Part shown: positions 19,752 to 28,597 of the stretch, piece after piece
Position numbering within the stretch: position 1 is the stretch's first letter
Layout: each line of letters starts with the position of its first letter
Assembly (NCBI GenBank): GCA_027320085.1
Contig: DAHVLZ010000034.1
Span: 1-39,816, forward strand
DNA length: 39,816 nt
Reading direction: 5' to 3'
DNA from: Pseudomonadota bacterium
GTDB lineage: Bacteria > Pseudomonadota > Gammaproteobacteria > JAKAQQ01
Program-made: the position numbers and the translations under genes
Notes under the pieces: generated by a model
Databases searched by the model: none
Told to the model about the DNA's origin: nothing
The model's input: only the letters and a program-made list of their open reading frames with translations

Positions 19752-20719
19752 GAACGATCTCCAAAAAGAGGGGTCCCGAGTGTCTTGGGGAACAGGTCAT
19801 CGAAGTAAAAGTCGACCCCGATGACGATGCCCGGTCGGTTGCCGCTCGCAGCATTGACCGGAAGTTCGAGCTCGACTCCCCACTGCAGGTAATGGCCGAT
19901 CCAGATCAAGCCCGGGTCGATATCCCCGGTCGTCCGGGCCGGACAGTTGGCATCCAGGCAGGTCTGCATGGGAATCTCGACGATGGGAACCATGTTGTTG
20001 AAGGGTGCGCCGATCCCCTCGTAGCGGACGAAATCCTGGAGGTAAGGGATGCTGTACTGAAGGGAAAAATCCCAGTTGAGGATCCGAGGAGCCAAGGCTG
20101 AGGAACTGGGAATGTTTTCCGAGACCGCTCCCGTAATGGCAAAGGGTGTGAGGTACCGGAGTGAAAAGGGCAGGAAACCGAAACCCTGGCCAAAGGCAAA
20201 CTCGGGGGTGTAGACGGAGCCCGCCGAGCCGATGGCACTGCTGCCACTGCCTCCGATCGTATCGGTCAATTGCACGAGACCAATCGATTCCGTCGACGGG
20301 ACCTTGTAGAGTTGGTAGGCCGCACCCAATGTCCAGTTATCCCAACCCCTGAGCGGAGGCCCGGTTGCGGGTTCGACCTGCTGGTAGTCCGTACCCACCA
20401 CAAGGCCGAAACGCCGGGTCAGGGTCTTGGCATAACTGAGAGAGAGGCTATCCGTGATTCCCTGGGATCCTGGGAGCGTGTTGAAGACGATGGGCAGTTC
20501 ATCCGCCACTCCGGGATCGTCAAAGGTCAGTGTGGCCGGGAACACCCGCTCACCGACCACGGCATGGGCGGATGCGGCCGGACCGGCCATCCCGGAAGCC
20601 ACGAGCAGAATACCGAGTATCCACGCCCACGCAAGGAACACAACCCAGTTTCGGAGAACCGGCGGCCCGGAAATCTCCAGCTGCTTCCCGTACCGGGAAA
20701 CCCCTACCACGTTTTTCAC
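19748..20719 (-). CDS. Putative outer-membrane beta-barrel protein with predicted mature N-terminal His, in copper operon
   Basis: Signal peptide ASA|HAVVGERVFPATLTFDDPG, amphipathic beta-strands, aromatic-rich; stop overlaps the copC start; GGAGAG RBS before GTG. Confidence 0.7.
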   Translation of the reverse strand: MKNVVGVSRYGKQLEISGPPVLRNWVVFLAWAWILGILLVASGMAGPAASAHAVVGERVFPATLTFDDPGVADELPIVFNTLPGSQGITDSLSLSYAKTLTRRFGLVVGTDYQQVEPATGPPLRGWDNWTLGAAYQLYKVPSTESIGLVQLTDTIGGSGSSAIGSAGSVYTPEFAFGQGFGFLPFSLRYLTPFAITGAVSENIPSSSALAPRILNWDFSLQYSIPYLQDFVRYEGIGAPFNNMVPIVEIPMQTCLDANCPARTTGDIDPGLIWIGHYLQWGVELELPVNAASGNRPGIVIGVDFYFDDLFPKTLGTPLFGDRS

Positions 20720-20849
20720 TACGCTCTCCCCGCCTGAGGACAGGCGCTTTCCCCATCAGGGGAAGCCCGTCTTGTTTGAGTGACCAGATCCCGGTCGAAA
20801 ACCGGGCCTCCGGAATCTCCTGTTCCTAGCTGAGAGCGGGTGGTGCGCG
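20719..20849 (-). promoter_or_regulatory. Structured intercistronic leader with anti-Shine-Dalgarno pairing
   Basis: mRNA CGCUCUC (20838-20832) is complementary to GAGAGCG (20728-20722); three hairpins lie between them (20731-20746, 20749-20764, 20790-20806). Confidence 0.6.
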
Positions 20850-21212
20850 GCTACGGGTTCTGAGGGGGAGAGGGAACGGTGGAAGCGCCGATGGGCGCGG
20901 CAGCACCCGTCCACCAAGGCGGTAAAGCACCGGGGCTGTGAAGGAAGGAACCAGCCTGGGCACCACGGTTGATCCATGGGCCATGACTTGGCAGACGGGA
21001 CAGAGCAGGCGTCCGAGGCTGGTCCGGTGGTGGATCAGCCCACTCAGGGCATAGATGGTGGTGCACGCCACGAGGACCGCCCACACCACCCCGTGGACGC
21101 TGGATCGCCGGAGTGTATGCCCGGCCAACCTCAAACGTGGCCTCCCGGCAAGCCCGACCCGCAAGGCCCGCTGCTTCGGGGAGCGGGCCTTGCGGAGGAG
21201 ATCAGGTCCCAT
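20826..21212 (-). CDS. DUF2946-like leader peptide (hydrophobic segment, HH, CxxC, C-terminal RAPP)
   Basis: VVWAVLVACTTIYALSGLIHH...CPVC...Pro-rich linker...RSRAPPALS; upstream of copper genes; start uncertain. Confidence 0.75.
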   Translation of the reverse strand: MGPDLLRKARSPKQRALRVGLAGRPRLRLAGHTLRRSSVHGVVWAVLVACTTIYALSGLIHHRTSLGRLLCPVCQVMAHGSTVVPRLVPSFTAPVLYRLGGRVLPRPSALPPFPLPLRTRSRAPPALS

Positions 21213-21233
21213 GCCATCAGGCCGACCCGGACA

Positions 21234-24200
21234 TTACATCCGCGGGACAGGCGGGACAGGCGGAAACCGGACCGGGCTGCCGATGGGCAGACTGGCCAAT
21301 CCTTGAGCGTAGGCTGCTCGGTTCCAGCTCTCGACCGCCGTCCGGATCCGGGTGTTGAACTGGTGTATGACCGATCCGACCCGCTCGTGGTCATGACGGA
21401 TCAGAGCCAGGGTCTGGGCACGCGGTTTCTCACCCCAGCCAAACGCCGACATGCCGTAGAGTGCGGAGACATGCATGTGCAGGCGAGTATAGTGCCGGAG
21501 GAAGTCCTCGGAGGCACCGTGCTGGGTTTTCGGATTCCAGAGCGGGGCTTCAAAGCCCATCAGGGTTTTACGTAGAGCCACAGCCTGCCGGATCAGGGAA
21601 CCGTGGGCACGGCGGAAAGCCGCGTCCCCATTCCCCCGGGCAATCACCGCTCCGAGCCCGACCTCAAAGGCATGGAGCCGGTTGAGGACCGTATTCAGGG
21701 CGGAGACCACCGAGCGCATCGCGAGACCCACCCGGGTATTGGCCCGGTAGATCGAGAGCGGAACCGGATAGCGCGGATCGGGCATCACATGCGCGACGGC
21801 CATCTCCGTCCGACCTCCTGCCGTGACGGAAATCCGGTAGACGCCTGGCACCACACGCGGGCCAAAACTGCCGCCGAAGAATCCTCCCCGCGACTTGGGC
21901 ATGATCGAAAGCGGAGTGGGCCCCTTGTAGATGAGGTTCCAGACCATCTCATTGACCCCGGAATGGGCCGGCCCCCAGAGGGTATCGATCTTCTGGCCCG
22001 CGGCTGACTGGATGACGATCTTCACGGGGGTTTCGTGACGGGCCCGCTCGGTTGCTGTCGGTTTGAGTGCCTTTTTCAGGTAATAACTGATGACCACCCC
22101 CGTGGGCGCATTGGGCGCCCGGAAATGGGCCGGTCCGACACTGTTCGTATGGCTTGCATAAAGCTCATAGCCAGCGGAAGGCGTAAACAGGTGGAACGGC
22201 GCTCGGGTCACCGCGCGATCAAATTGCTCGATCGGACGGAGATTGTCGAGCACCCACATCCCCCGCCCATGTGTCGCAAGAACCAGGCTGTGAAGCGGCT
22301 TCACAAACTGCAGGTCCATAACCGGGGAAGTGGTCAGGTTCGCGTGCAGCCGTTGCCAGTGATGCCCGCCGTTCAGGGAATAGTACAGGCCCTGCATGGT
22401 TCCGGCCATGAGCAGGTTCTGGTCATTGGGATCCTGCCGGACAACCAGGACGGAGGAATTCGGCAAACCGTCCGTCAGGCGATGCCAGCTCCGGCCGTAG
22501 TCATCCGTCTTGAATACGTACGGACGGTTGTTTCCGAGTTCGTGGTCATCAAAGGCCACAAACGCGGTACCGGCGTGGAAGGGGGAAACCGTGACGTGGT
22601 AAACACGCGCCCAGTCCGGTGCACCCGAAGGCGTGACCCTCGACCAATGTGCCCCCCCATTGCGGGATACCCAGACCCAGCCGTCGTCGGTTCCCACCCA
22701 GATCACATTCGGGTTGGTGGGAGCGAGCGTGATCGACTGGATCGTGTCATAAGTCTCCGCACCAGACATGTCCTTGGTGACCGGACCACCCGTGGGTCCC
22801 TGTTTCGCCTTCACATTCCGCGTGAGATCCGGGCTGATCACGGTCCAGTGCCGGCCTCCATCCAAGCTGTGAAACACGACGTCGGCACCGATATAAATGC
22901 TGTTCGGATCAGTCGGGGAGACCGCAATGGGCGAGGTCCAGTCAAACCGATACTTCTGCTTGGCCATGACCTTGCCGGACAGGATATCGCCTGCCAGGAT
23001 GTCCCGGACGTAGGGGTTGATGCTGCGGGCGCGGCGGGTGATCCGGTTATAGCGGGTCAGGTCCCCGTCGTCCGTTGTCGCATAGATGATATTGGGATCA
23101 CTGGGAGCCGGTACCACATACTGACCGTCCCCGCCGGAGATCTGGAACCAGTCCTGGGCACCGACCACCCCCCCGCGACGATAGTCGCTCGATGCACCAC
23201 ACCAGGCATTGTTGTCCTGCAGGCCGCCGCAGACCAGAAACGGCATCACCCGATCAGCCACAGCCACCTGGTAGAACTGTTCGATTGGCAGATTGCCCAG
23301 AAACCGCCAGTGTTTCCCACCCGTCGTGGACAAATAGACTCCACCGTCGTTCCCCTGGATGATTCGGTCGGGATCGTGGGGGTCGATCCAGATCGCGTGG
23401 TGATCGACATGGACACCCGGATCTGCATAGAAGGAGGTCACCCCACCGTTTGTGCTTTCCATCATTTTCATAGACAGCATGAACAGCCGTTCCGGGTTGT
23501 TCGGCATGACGGCAAGATCGGTGAAGTAGAAAGGCCGCACATCGTCGTTATGGTTGTCACTGACTTCGGTCCAGCGGGTTCCCGCATCATGGGACACCCA
23601 AAGGACGCCTCCCTTCGCCTGGATCACGGCGTAGACGGTTCCCGGTTGGCTGGGCGCAAACGCAATCGCGCTCCGGCCGATCGGACCCTGGGGCAGGCCA
23701 TGGGTCAAGCGGGTCCAGTGCAAGCCGCCATCGATGGAGCGATAGAGACCGCCGGACCGGCCACCGCTCACGAGCAACCACGGATAGCGCTGAAGCGGCC
23801 ACATGCCGGCGATCAGCACCCGTGGATTCCCTGGTTCAAAAGTGATGTCCGAGCATCCGGTGTGTGGGTTGAGATAGAGGACTTTCCGCCAGTGGTGTCC
23901 GCCATCGTCCGTCATGAAAACGCCCCGGTCAGAACCCGGGTTCCAAAGATCACCCGTCGCGCAGACGAAGACATTATCCGGATCATCAGGGTTGACCGCG
24001 ATGGCCCCGATCTGTCCGACGTGGGCCAGCCCCCGGTTTTCCCAAGTCATCCCACCATTCGGTGAAAAGAAGACGCCCGCGCCGTTGATGACGTCATCGC
24101 GCGGGTTGCTCTCTCCGGTGCCAACCCAGACCCAGCTCGGATGGTGGGGATCCAGTGTGACCGCACCGATCGAGGCGGTTGGACCATGATCAAAGATGTT

Positions 24201-24440
24201 TTTCCAGCTGTCGCCGCCATCGGTAGTCTTCCAGACCCCGCCGCCCGCAGTCCCGACATAGTAGAGGTTCCGGTTTCCTGCCACCCCGACAACACTGGTC
24301 ACCCGTCCACCCGCTACAGCGGGACCCAGGTTGCGGAACATGAGGTGGCGGAAGGGGCCATGGCCCCAAGTAGCCCAAGCCGGCCCCGCCAAGGTGAGCA
24401 CAAAAGTGAGCACAACCAAGTTGAAAACGGACTTTTTCAT
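21234..24440 (-). CDS. Exported BNR/Asp-box (VPS10/sortilin-like) beta-propeller protein, putative glycosyl hydrolase
   Basis: Signal peptide AWA; repeated S/T-x-D-G-G-x-x-W boxes (TTDGGDSW, TDDGGHHW, SIDGGLHW, SLDGGRHW, SLNGGHHW); GGLQDN, ATHGRG. Confidence 0.85.
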   Translation of the reverse strand: MKKSVFNLVVLTFVLTLAGPAWATWGHGPFRHLMFRNLGPAVAGGRVTSVVGVAGNRNLYYVGTAGGGVWKTTDGGDSWKNIFDHGPTASIGAVTLDPHHPSWVWVGTGESNPRDDVINGAGVFFSPNGGMTWENRGLAHVGQIGAIAVNPDDPDNVFVCATGDLWNPGSDRGVFMTDDGGHHWRKVLYLNPHTGCSDITFEPGNPRVLIAGMWPLQRYPWLLVSGGRSGGLYRSIDGGLHWTRLTHGLPQGPIGRSAIAFAPSQPGTVYAVIQAKGGVLWVSHDAGTRWTEVSDNHNDDVRPFYFTDLAVMPNNPERLFMLSMKMMESTNGGVTSFYADPGVHVDHHAIWIDPHDPDRIIQGNDGGVYLSTTGGKHWRFLGNLPIEQFYQVAVADRVMPFLVCGGLQDNNAWCGASSDYRRGGVVGAQDWFQISGGDGQYVVPAPSDPNIIYATTDDGDLTRYNRITRRARSINPYVRDILAGDILSGKVMAKQKYRFDWTSPIAVSPTDPNSIYIGADVVFHSLDGGRHWTVISPDLTRNVKAKQGPTGGPVTKDMSGAETYDTIQSITLAPTNPNVIWVGTDDGWVWVSRNGGAHWSRVTPSGAPDWARVYHVTVSPFHAGTAFVAFDDHELGNNRPYVFKTDDYGRSWHRLTDGLPNSSVLVVRQDPNDQNLLMAGTMQGLYYSLNGGHHWQRLHANLTTSPVMDLQFVKPLHSLVLATHGRGMWVLDNLRPIEQFDRAVTRAPFHLFTPSAGYELYASHTNSVGPAHFRAPNAPTGVVISYYLKKALKPTATERARHETPVKIVIQSAAGQKIDTLWGPAHSGVNEMVWNLIYKGPTPLSIMPKSRGGFFGGSFGPRVVPGVYRISVTAGGRTEMAVAHVMPDPRYPVPLSIYRANTRVGLAMRSVVSALNTVLNRLHAFEVGLGAVIARGNGDAAFRRAHGSLIRQAVALRKTLMGFEAPLWNPKTQHGASEDFLRHYTRLHMHVSALYGMSAFGWGEKPRAQTLALIRHDHERVGSVIHQFNTRIRTAVESWNRAAYAQGLASLPIGSPVRFPPVPPVPRM

Positions 24441-24625
24441 GATGGGTCCTCGATATTATTGGCGACGGGAGGAACGGAACCGATTACGGCACCATAGCGG
24501 TTTAGGTATGAAAAGTCCCCAAAAGTTCCAGCCACTCGACCTCAGTGGGAGGTTCCTCTGGGGGGAATCCGGTGTCCGATATCCGTTCCCACGGCTCAAA
24601 CACAAGCCCTAGAATAGACGGATCC

Positions 24626-25858
24626 ATGCCTCAAATCCACCCCCAACCGCGCCAGACCAACCGGGATGCGGACTCTCCCGTCCCATCCCCCGCCCCCCAG
24701 GAACGGCTCCGGATCCTCATGCTGTGCCACTCCCCGTCATGGGGTGGACTTGAACGGGAGGTCGGCTGGCTGTCCCAGGCGCTCGCCGAAAGGGGTCATT
24801 TGCTCACGCTCGGCGTGCTCCCTGACAGTCCGCTGGCCCGATTTGCAGCTGAGGTCGGGCTTGCCACCCTCTCCGCCAAACCGCTCCGGTACCCCGGACT
24901 CCGGTTGTGGGCCCTCATCCGCTGGATCCATCGCAACCATCCCGATCTCGTTCACGTCCATACCAGCGAGGACCTGCGCCTCGCCTGGCTCGCCTTATCC
25001 TTCAACTCAACCCGCACCCCCCTGTACCTGACCCGGCACATGGGACTCAAGCACCGCCGGGGCGGCTATTTCAACCGGAGGATTTACCAGAGGGTCCGCC
25101 GTCTCTACGCGATTTCGAGCTACGTGGCCCAAGGCTTGCGCCAAAACGTTCCGATGCCCCCCGACCGGATCCAGATTCTCCCGCCCGGCATCTGGGCCAG
25201 CCGTCTTGCCCATCCACCCTGCTCTCCGGCCGAGGCTCGCGAACAGCTCGGCATTCACACCACGGCCAACGGGCCCGTAATCGGCATGCTAGGACGCATC
25301 ACCCCCATGAAGGGCCATCTCGAATTTCTGGAATCCTTGTATCGGATCCGGACAGAGAACCCCAAGATCGGTTTCCAAGTGATCATTGCTGGGGGAGCCG
25401 GGGCCGACCCACGGGAACAACGGCTCCTGGAGACCATCAAAGCGCAGGTCCATGACTACGGGTTATCCGATCGTGTCCACCTGATTGGGGAAGTGGATGA
25501 ATCCACGATCGCACTGACCGCGATGGACCTTTTCATTTTCCCCTCCCATCTTGAATCCTTTGGCATGGCCCTGGTGGAGGCCATGGCCTGCGGGCTTCCC
25601 GTCGTGGCCTGTGCCGCAGGCGGAGTCGTGGACATCGTCGAACACGACCGGACCGGACTCCTGGTTCCCGTCCGGGACGTACCTGCCCTGGCGCAGGCCA
25701 TGCTCAGGCTCCTTCAGGACGAGAACCTCTGCCGCCGTCTCGGCCAGAACGCGCGCACTGCGGCCGACCGCTGGGACATCCGGCATATCGCCGCCGCTTA
25801 CGAGGCCGATTTCTACGGCGCCCAGGACGATCCGGACTCCCGACCTCACGGGAGTTAA
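24626..25858 (+). CDS. Glycosyltransferase family 4 (GT-B)
   Basis: WGGLE, GRITPMKG, PSHLESFGMALVEAMACGLPVVA; start uncertain. Confidence 0.9.
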   Translation: MPQIHPQPRQTNRDADSPVPSPAPQERLRILMLCHSPSWGGLEREVGWLSQALAERGHLLTLGVLPDSPLARFAAEVGLATLSAKPLRYPGLRLWALIRWIHRNHPDLVHVHTSEDLRLAWLALSFNSTRTPLYLTRHMGLKHRRGGYFNRRIYQRVRRLYAISSYVAQGLRQNVPMPPDRIQILPPGIWASRLAHPPCSPAEAREQLGIHTTANGPVIGMLGRITPMKGHLEFLESLYRIRTENPKIGFQVIIAGGAGADPREQRLLETIKAQVHDYGLSDRVHLIGEVDESTIALTAMDLFIFPSHLESFGMALVEAMACGLPVVACAAGGVVDIVEHDRTGLLVPVRDVPALAQAMLRLLQDENLCRRLGQNARTAADRWDIRHIAAAYEADFYGAQDDPDSRPHGS

Positions 25859-25891
25859 CGAATAACCGCGGGCTATGCCCGAATCCCGTAC

Positions 25892-26449
25892 CTAGCCGCC
25901 CCCTCCGAAAAATCCGGGCAGGATTTTCTCGTCGCTCGTCGGCGGGTCGGCCCGGACCAACGCCGGATCCGTGGTCACGATGATCAGGCCCGCCATGGGT
26001 GTTCCAAACCCGCCCACTGTCGGCCGCTTGATCGGTACATACACACCGCCCGGTCCCCGTACCAGCTCGGCATGGACTGGGCAATAGTAAAAATCGAAAC
26101 CGGGATGATGGAAACGGAAGGTCAGCGTATGCACCGGATGGGAAGGGCCTGGCGTCCCGTCCAAGACTCCGGTGAACTGGGGATCAGGCTTGCCCGTGAG
26201 CAGGTGGTACCCTTGGACCATATGAAGCCCGGTATCCTCGTTCACGAACACCACTGGCTGGCCTGGATATACAGCAACCACGCTTTCCAGAAAAACATTC
26301 TCGCCGTTCATGTGGATGTAGACCGGGTGCATGGGCAGGGCTGCCGCAAAGACGGTGGGTGCAAGCACGAGCCCCACCCAGCTGAGAAAGATGCCCCCGG
26401 TCCAAAGCCGGGTTTCGGACAGAAAACGGGAAACACGATGCATGGGCAT
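25892..26449 (-). CDS. Exported cupredoxin/plastocyanin-like protein
   Basis: Signal peptide; PGQPVVFVNED..LHMV; YYCPVH...PMAGLIIV. Confidence 0.7.
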   Translation of the reverse strand: MPMHRVSRFLSETRLWTGGIFLSWVGLVLAPTVFAAALPMHPVYIHMNGENVFLESVVAVYPGQPVVFVNEDTGLHMVQGYHLLTGKPDPQFTGVLDGTPGPSHPVHTLTFRFHHPGFDFYYCPVHAELVRGPGGVYVPIKRPTVGGFGTPMAGLIIVTTDPALVRADPPTSDEKILPGFFGGGG

Positions 26450-26597
26450 TCTCCGGATCAGGGTTTCACAGAGTCTGGTCTACAGACGTCCAGTTCAGGA
26501 TAGCCGACCTGCCACGGATCGTCCACCCGGATTGCACCGCGCTCCGCAACAACGTTTAAACTAGCACCAGGGGCAAATCCGCACCACCGACTTTTGC

Positions 26598-27200
26598 ATG
26601 ATGAAACTGTTTTTAAGTCCGACATCTCCCTTTGCCCGAAAAGTCAAAGTGGCCCTGATGGAGAAAAACCTCACCCCGGAAGTCGAGGAGATCCGGGTGG
26701 ATCCCTGGTCTTCACCGGCGGAACTGATCCGGGCCAACCCGCTTTGCCAAGTCCCCACACTCGTGACGGACGAGGGACTCGCACTGGCGAACAGTGACTC
26801 CATTCTGGCCTGGCTCGAGCATTACGCTCCCCATCCAGCCCTGTTTCCGGCAGCCGACCCGGAACGGGGGCACGCCATGGCGATTGCCGCCCAAGCTCAA
26901 GGCCTCATGCAGTACACAGTTGACATCGTGCTGGAAAGACGGCGTCCCACGACCCAACGTTCGGTCACGTTCATCGACCGCCGGATGGCCGCGGTCATGC
27001 GTGTGGTGACCGCTCTGGGTGGTGAGTGGATGCCAGTCCCCGGGTTCGGGATTGATGGAATCGGTGTGGCCTGCGCTTTGGGTTATCTCGATCTCCGGCT
27101 TCCCGAGTACCCCTGGCGTGAGGTCTCCCCTGCGCTCGCCAGCTGGTTTGCCGGGGTGGCCTCTCGTCCTTCCCTCGAGGCCAGTGCCCCGCCCGCCTGA
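26598..27200 (+). CDS. Glutathione S-transferase family protein
   Basis: SPTSPFARKV, NPLCQVPTLV, ACALGYLDLR. Confidence 0.9.
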   Translation: MMKLFLSPTSPFARKVKVALMEKNLTPEVEEIRVDPWSSPAELIRANPLCQVPTLVTDEGLALANSDSILAWLEHYAPHPALFPAADPERGHAMAIAAQAQGLMQYTVDIVLERRRPTTQRSVTFIDRRMAAVMRVVTALGGEWMPVPGFGIDGIGVACALGYLDLRLPEYPWREVSPALASWFAGVASRPSLEASAPPA

Positions 27201-27419
27201 AAGGGTCGGAATCCCCGGGTTCGGACCACGTCTATGGCATAATGGTCGGTCCGGAGAATGCGCGGAGTGCGCGGTCGGCCCGTAGGTTCAATCTGCAGCA
27301 AGCCCCGCATCTCCGGATGGCAAACCTATCAATCCCGACTCTCGGTCACCCGCGGGTCGGGCAAAACCGGTACTGAACACACTTCTCAAGCGATCGGCCA
27401 TGAACTCTCTCATTGCAGA

Positions 27420-27494
27420 TGGGGTGTCGCCAAGTGGTAAGGCACGGGGTTTTGATCCCCGCATTCGCAGGTTCGAATCCTGCCACCCCAGCCA
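27420..27494 (+). tRNA. tRNA-Gln (TTG)
   Basis: TGGGGTG acceptor arm, anticodon arm CGGGG-TTTTGAT-CCCCG, GGTTCGAATCC T-arm, encoded CCA; canonical position before prs. Confidence 0.97.
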
Positions 27495-27545
27495 TCCGGC
27501 CCCGGGCTGGCCAGGGTTCCGGACCGGCGGAATCGGGATGGATTC

Positions 27546-28529
27546 ATGGACCATGTGACCCGCAACCCCCGACCGTTCAATGCCGGTCAGGTCATGATTT
27601 GTGCCGGCAATGCCAACCCGCCGCTGGCCCAGAATATCGCAGCACACTTGCAGTTGCCCTTGACCCGGGTCCAGGTCGGCCGCTTCAGTGATGCCGAGGT
27701 ACAGGTCGAAATCCTCGAAAATGTCCGGGGTCGCGATGTTTTCGTCGTCCAGTCCACCTCGCCTCCCGCGAACGACCACCTCATGGAGCTTTTGGTCCTG
27801 GTCGATGCCCTGCGAAGGGCGTCAGCGGCGCGTATCACCGCCCTCGTTCCTTACTTCGGGTACGCCCGGCAGGACCGACGCATGCGGTCGGCCCGCGTTC
27901 CCATCACGGCGAAACTGGTCGCCAACCTGATGGTGACGGCCGGCATCGACCGGCTCGTCGCCGTAGACGTCCACTCAGACCAAATCCAAGGCTTTTTCGA
28001 CATTCCCTTCGACAATGTCTACGCCTCCCCGGTGCTTCTCAGCGATATCTGGAAACGCAAGTATCCGAATCTCATCGTGGTCTCCCCCGACATCGGCGGC
28101 GTCGCCCGGGCTCGCGCCCTCGCCAAACGGCTGGACGACCGGGACCTGGCCATCATCGACAAGCGACGCCCCCGGCCTAATGAATCGGAAGTCATGAACA
28201 TCATCGGGGATGTCGAGGGACACAACTGCATCATCGTCGATGATATCGTGGACACCGCAGGTACCCTGGCTCTGGCGGCCGGCGCCCTCAAGCGCCATGG
28301 TGCCCAAAGCGTCGCCGCTTATGTCACCCATCCGGTCCTGTCGGGTCAGGCGGTGCCGAACATTCAGCAATCTGAACTGGACGAACTCGTCGTGACGGAC
28401 TCCATTCCGTTGCCCGAGGAAGCCCGCCGTTGTCCCAAAATCCGACAGCTCGGGATCGGCGAACTGCTTGCGGAAACCATCCGCCGTATCCATGATGAGG
28501 AATCCGTGAGTTCCTTGTATGTCGACTGA
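27546..28529 (+). CDS. prs: Ribose-phosphate pyrophosphokinase
   Basis: [31 protein letters not shown]. Confidence 0.97.
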   Translation: MDHVTRNPRPFNAGQVMICAGNANPPLAQNIAAHLQLPLTRVQVGRFSDAEVQVEILENVRGRDVFVVQSTSPPANDHLMELLVLVDALRRASAARITALVPYFGYARQDRRMRSARVPITAKLVANLMVTAGIDRLVAVDVHSDQIQGFFDIPFDNVYASPVLLSDIWKRKYPNLIVVSPDIGGVARARALAKRLDDRDLAIIDKRRPRPNESEVMNIIGDVEGHNCIIVDDIVDTAGTLALAAGALKRHGAQSVAAYVTHPVLSGQAVPNIQQSELDELVVTDSIPLPEEARRCPKIRQLGIGELLAETIRRIHDEESVSSLYVD

Positions 28530-28541
28530 TTTTCCGCCCCC

Positions 28542-28567
28542 CCGGACCGCCGGTCGCAGCGGTTCGG
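28542..28567 (+). promoter_or_regulatory. Hairpin in the rplY leader (candidate L25 autoregulatory element)
   Basis: Stem CCGGACCGC/GCGGTTCGG with loop CGGTCGCA, about 30 nt upstream of the rplY start. Confidence 0.45.
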
Positions 28568-28597
28568 TTTATCCCACTGACTGACCGAGGAGATCCC

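Noticed and set aside
22035-24065. 676-aa plus-strand ORF
   Set aside because: Antisense shadow of the BNR/VPS10 gene; no motifs; expected in high-GC coding DNA
15802-27200. gshA, GST and copper genes as one glutathione-copper regulon
   Set aside because: Different strands, interrupted by unrelated genes, and no shared operator found; proximity alone is insufficient
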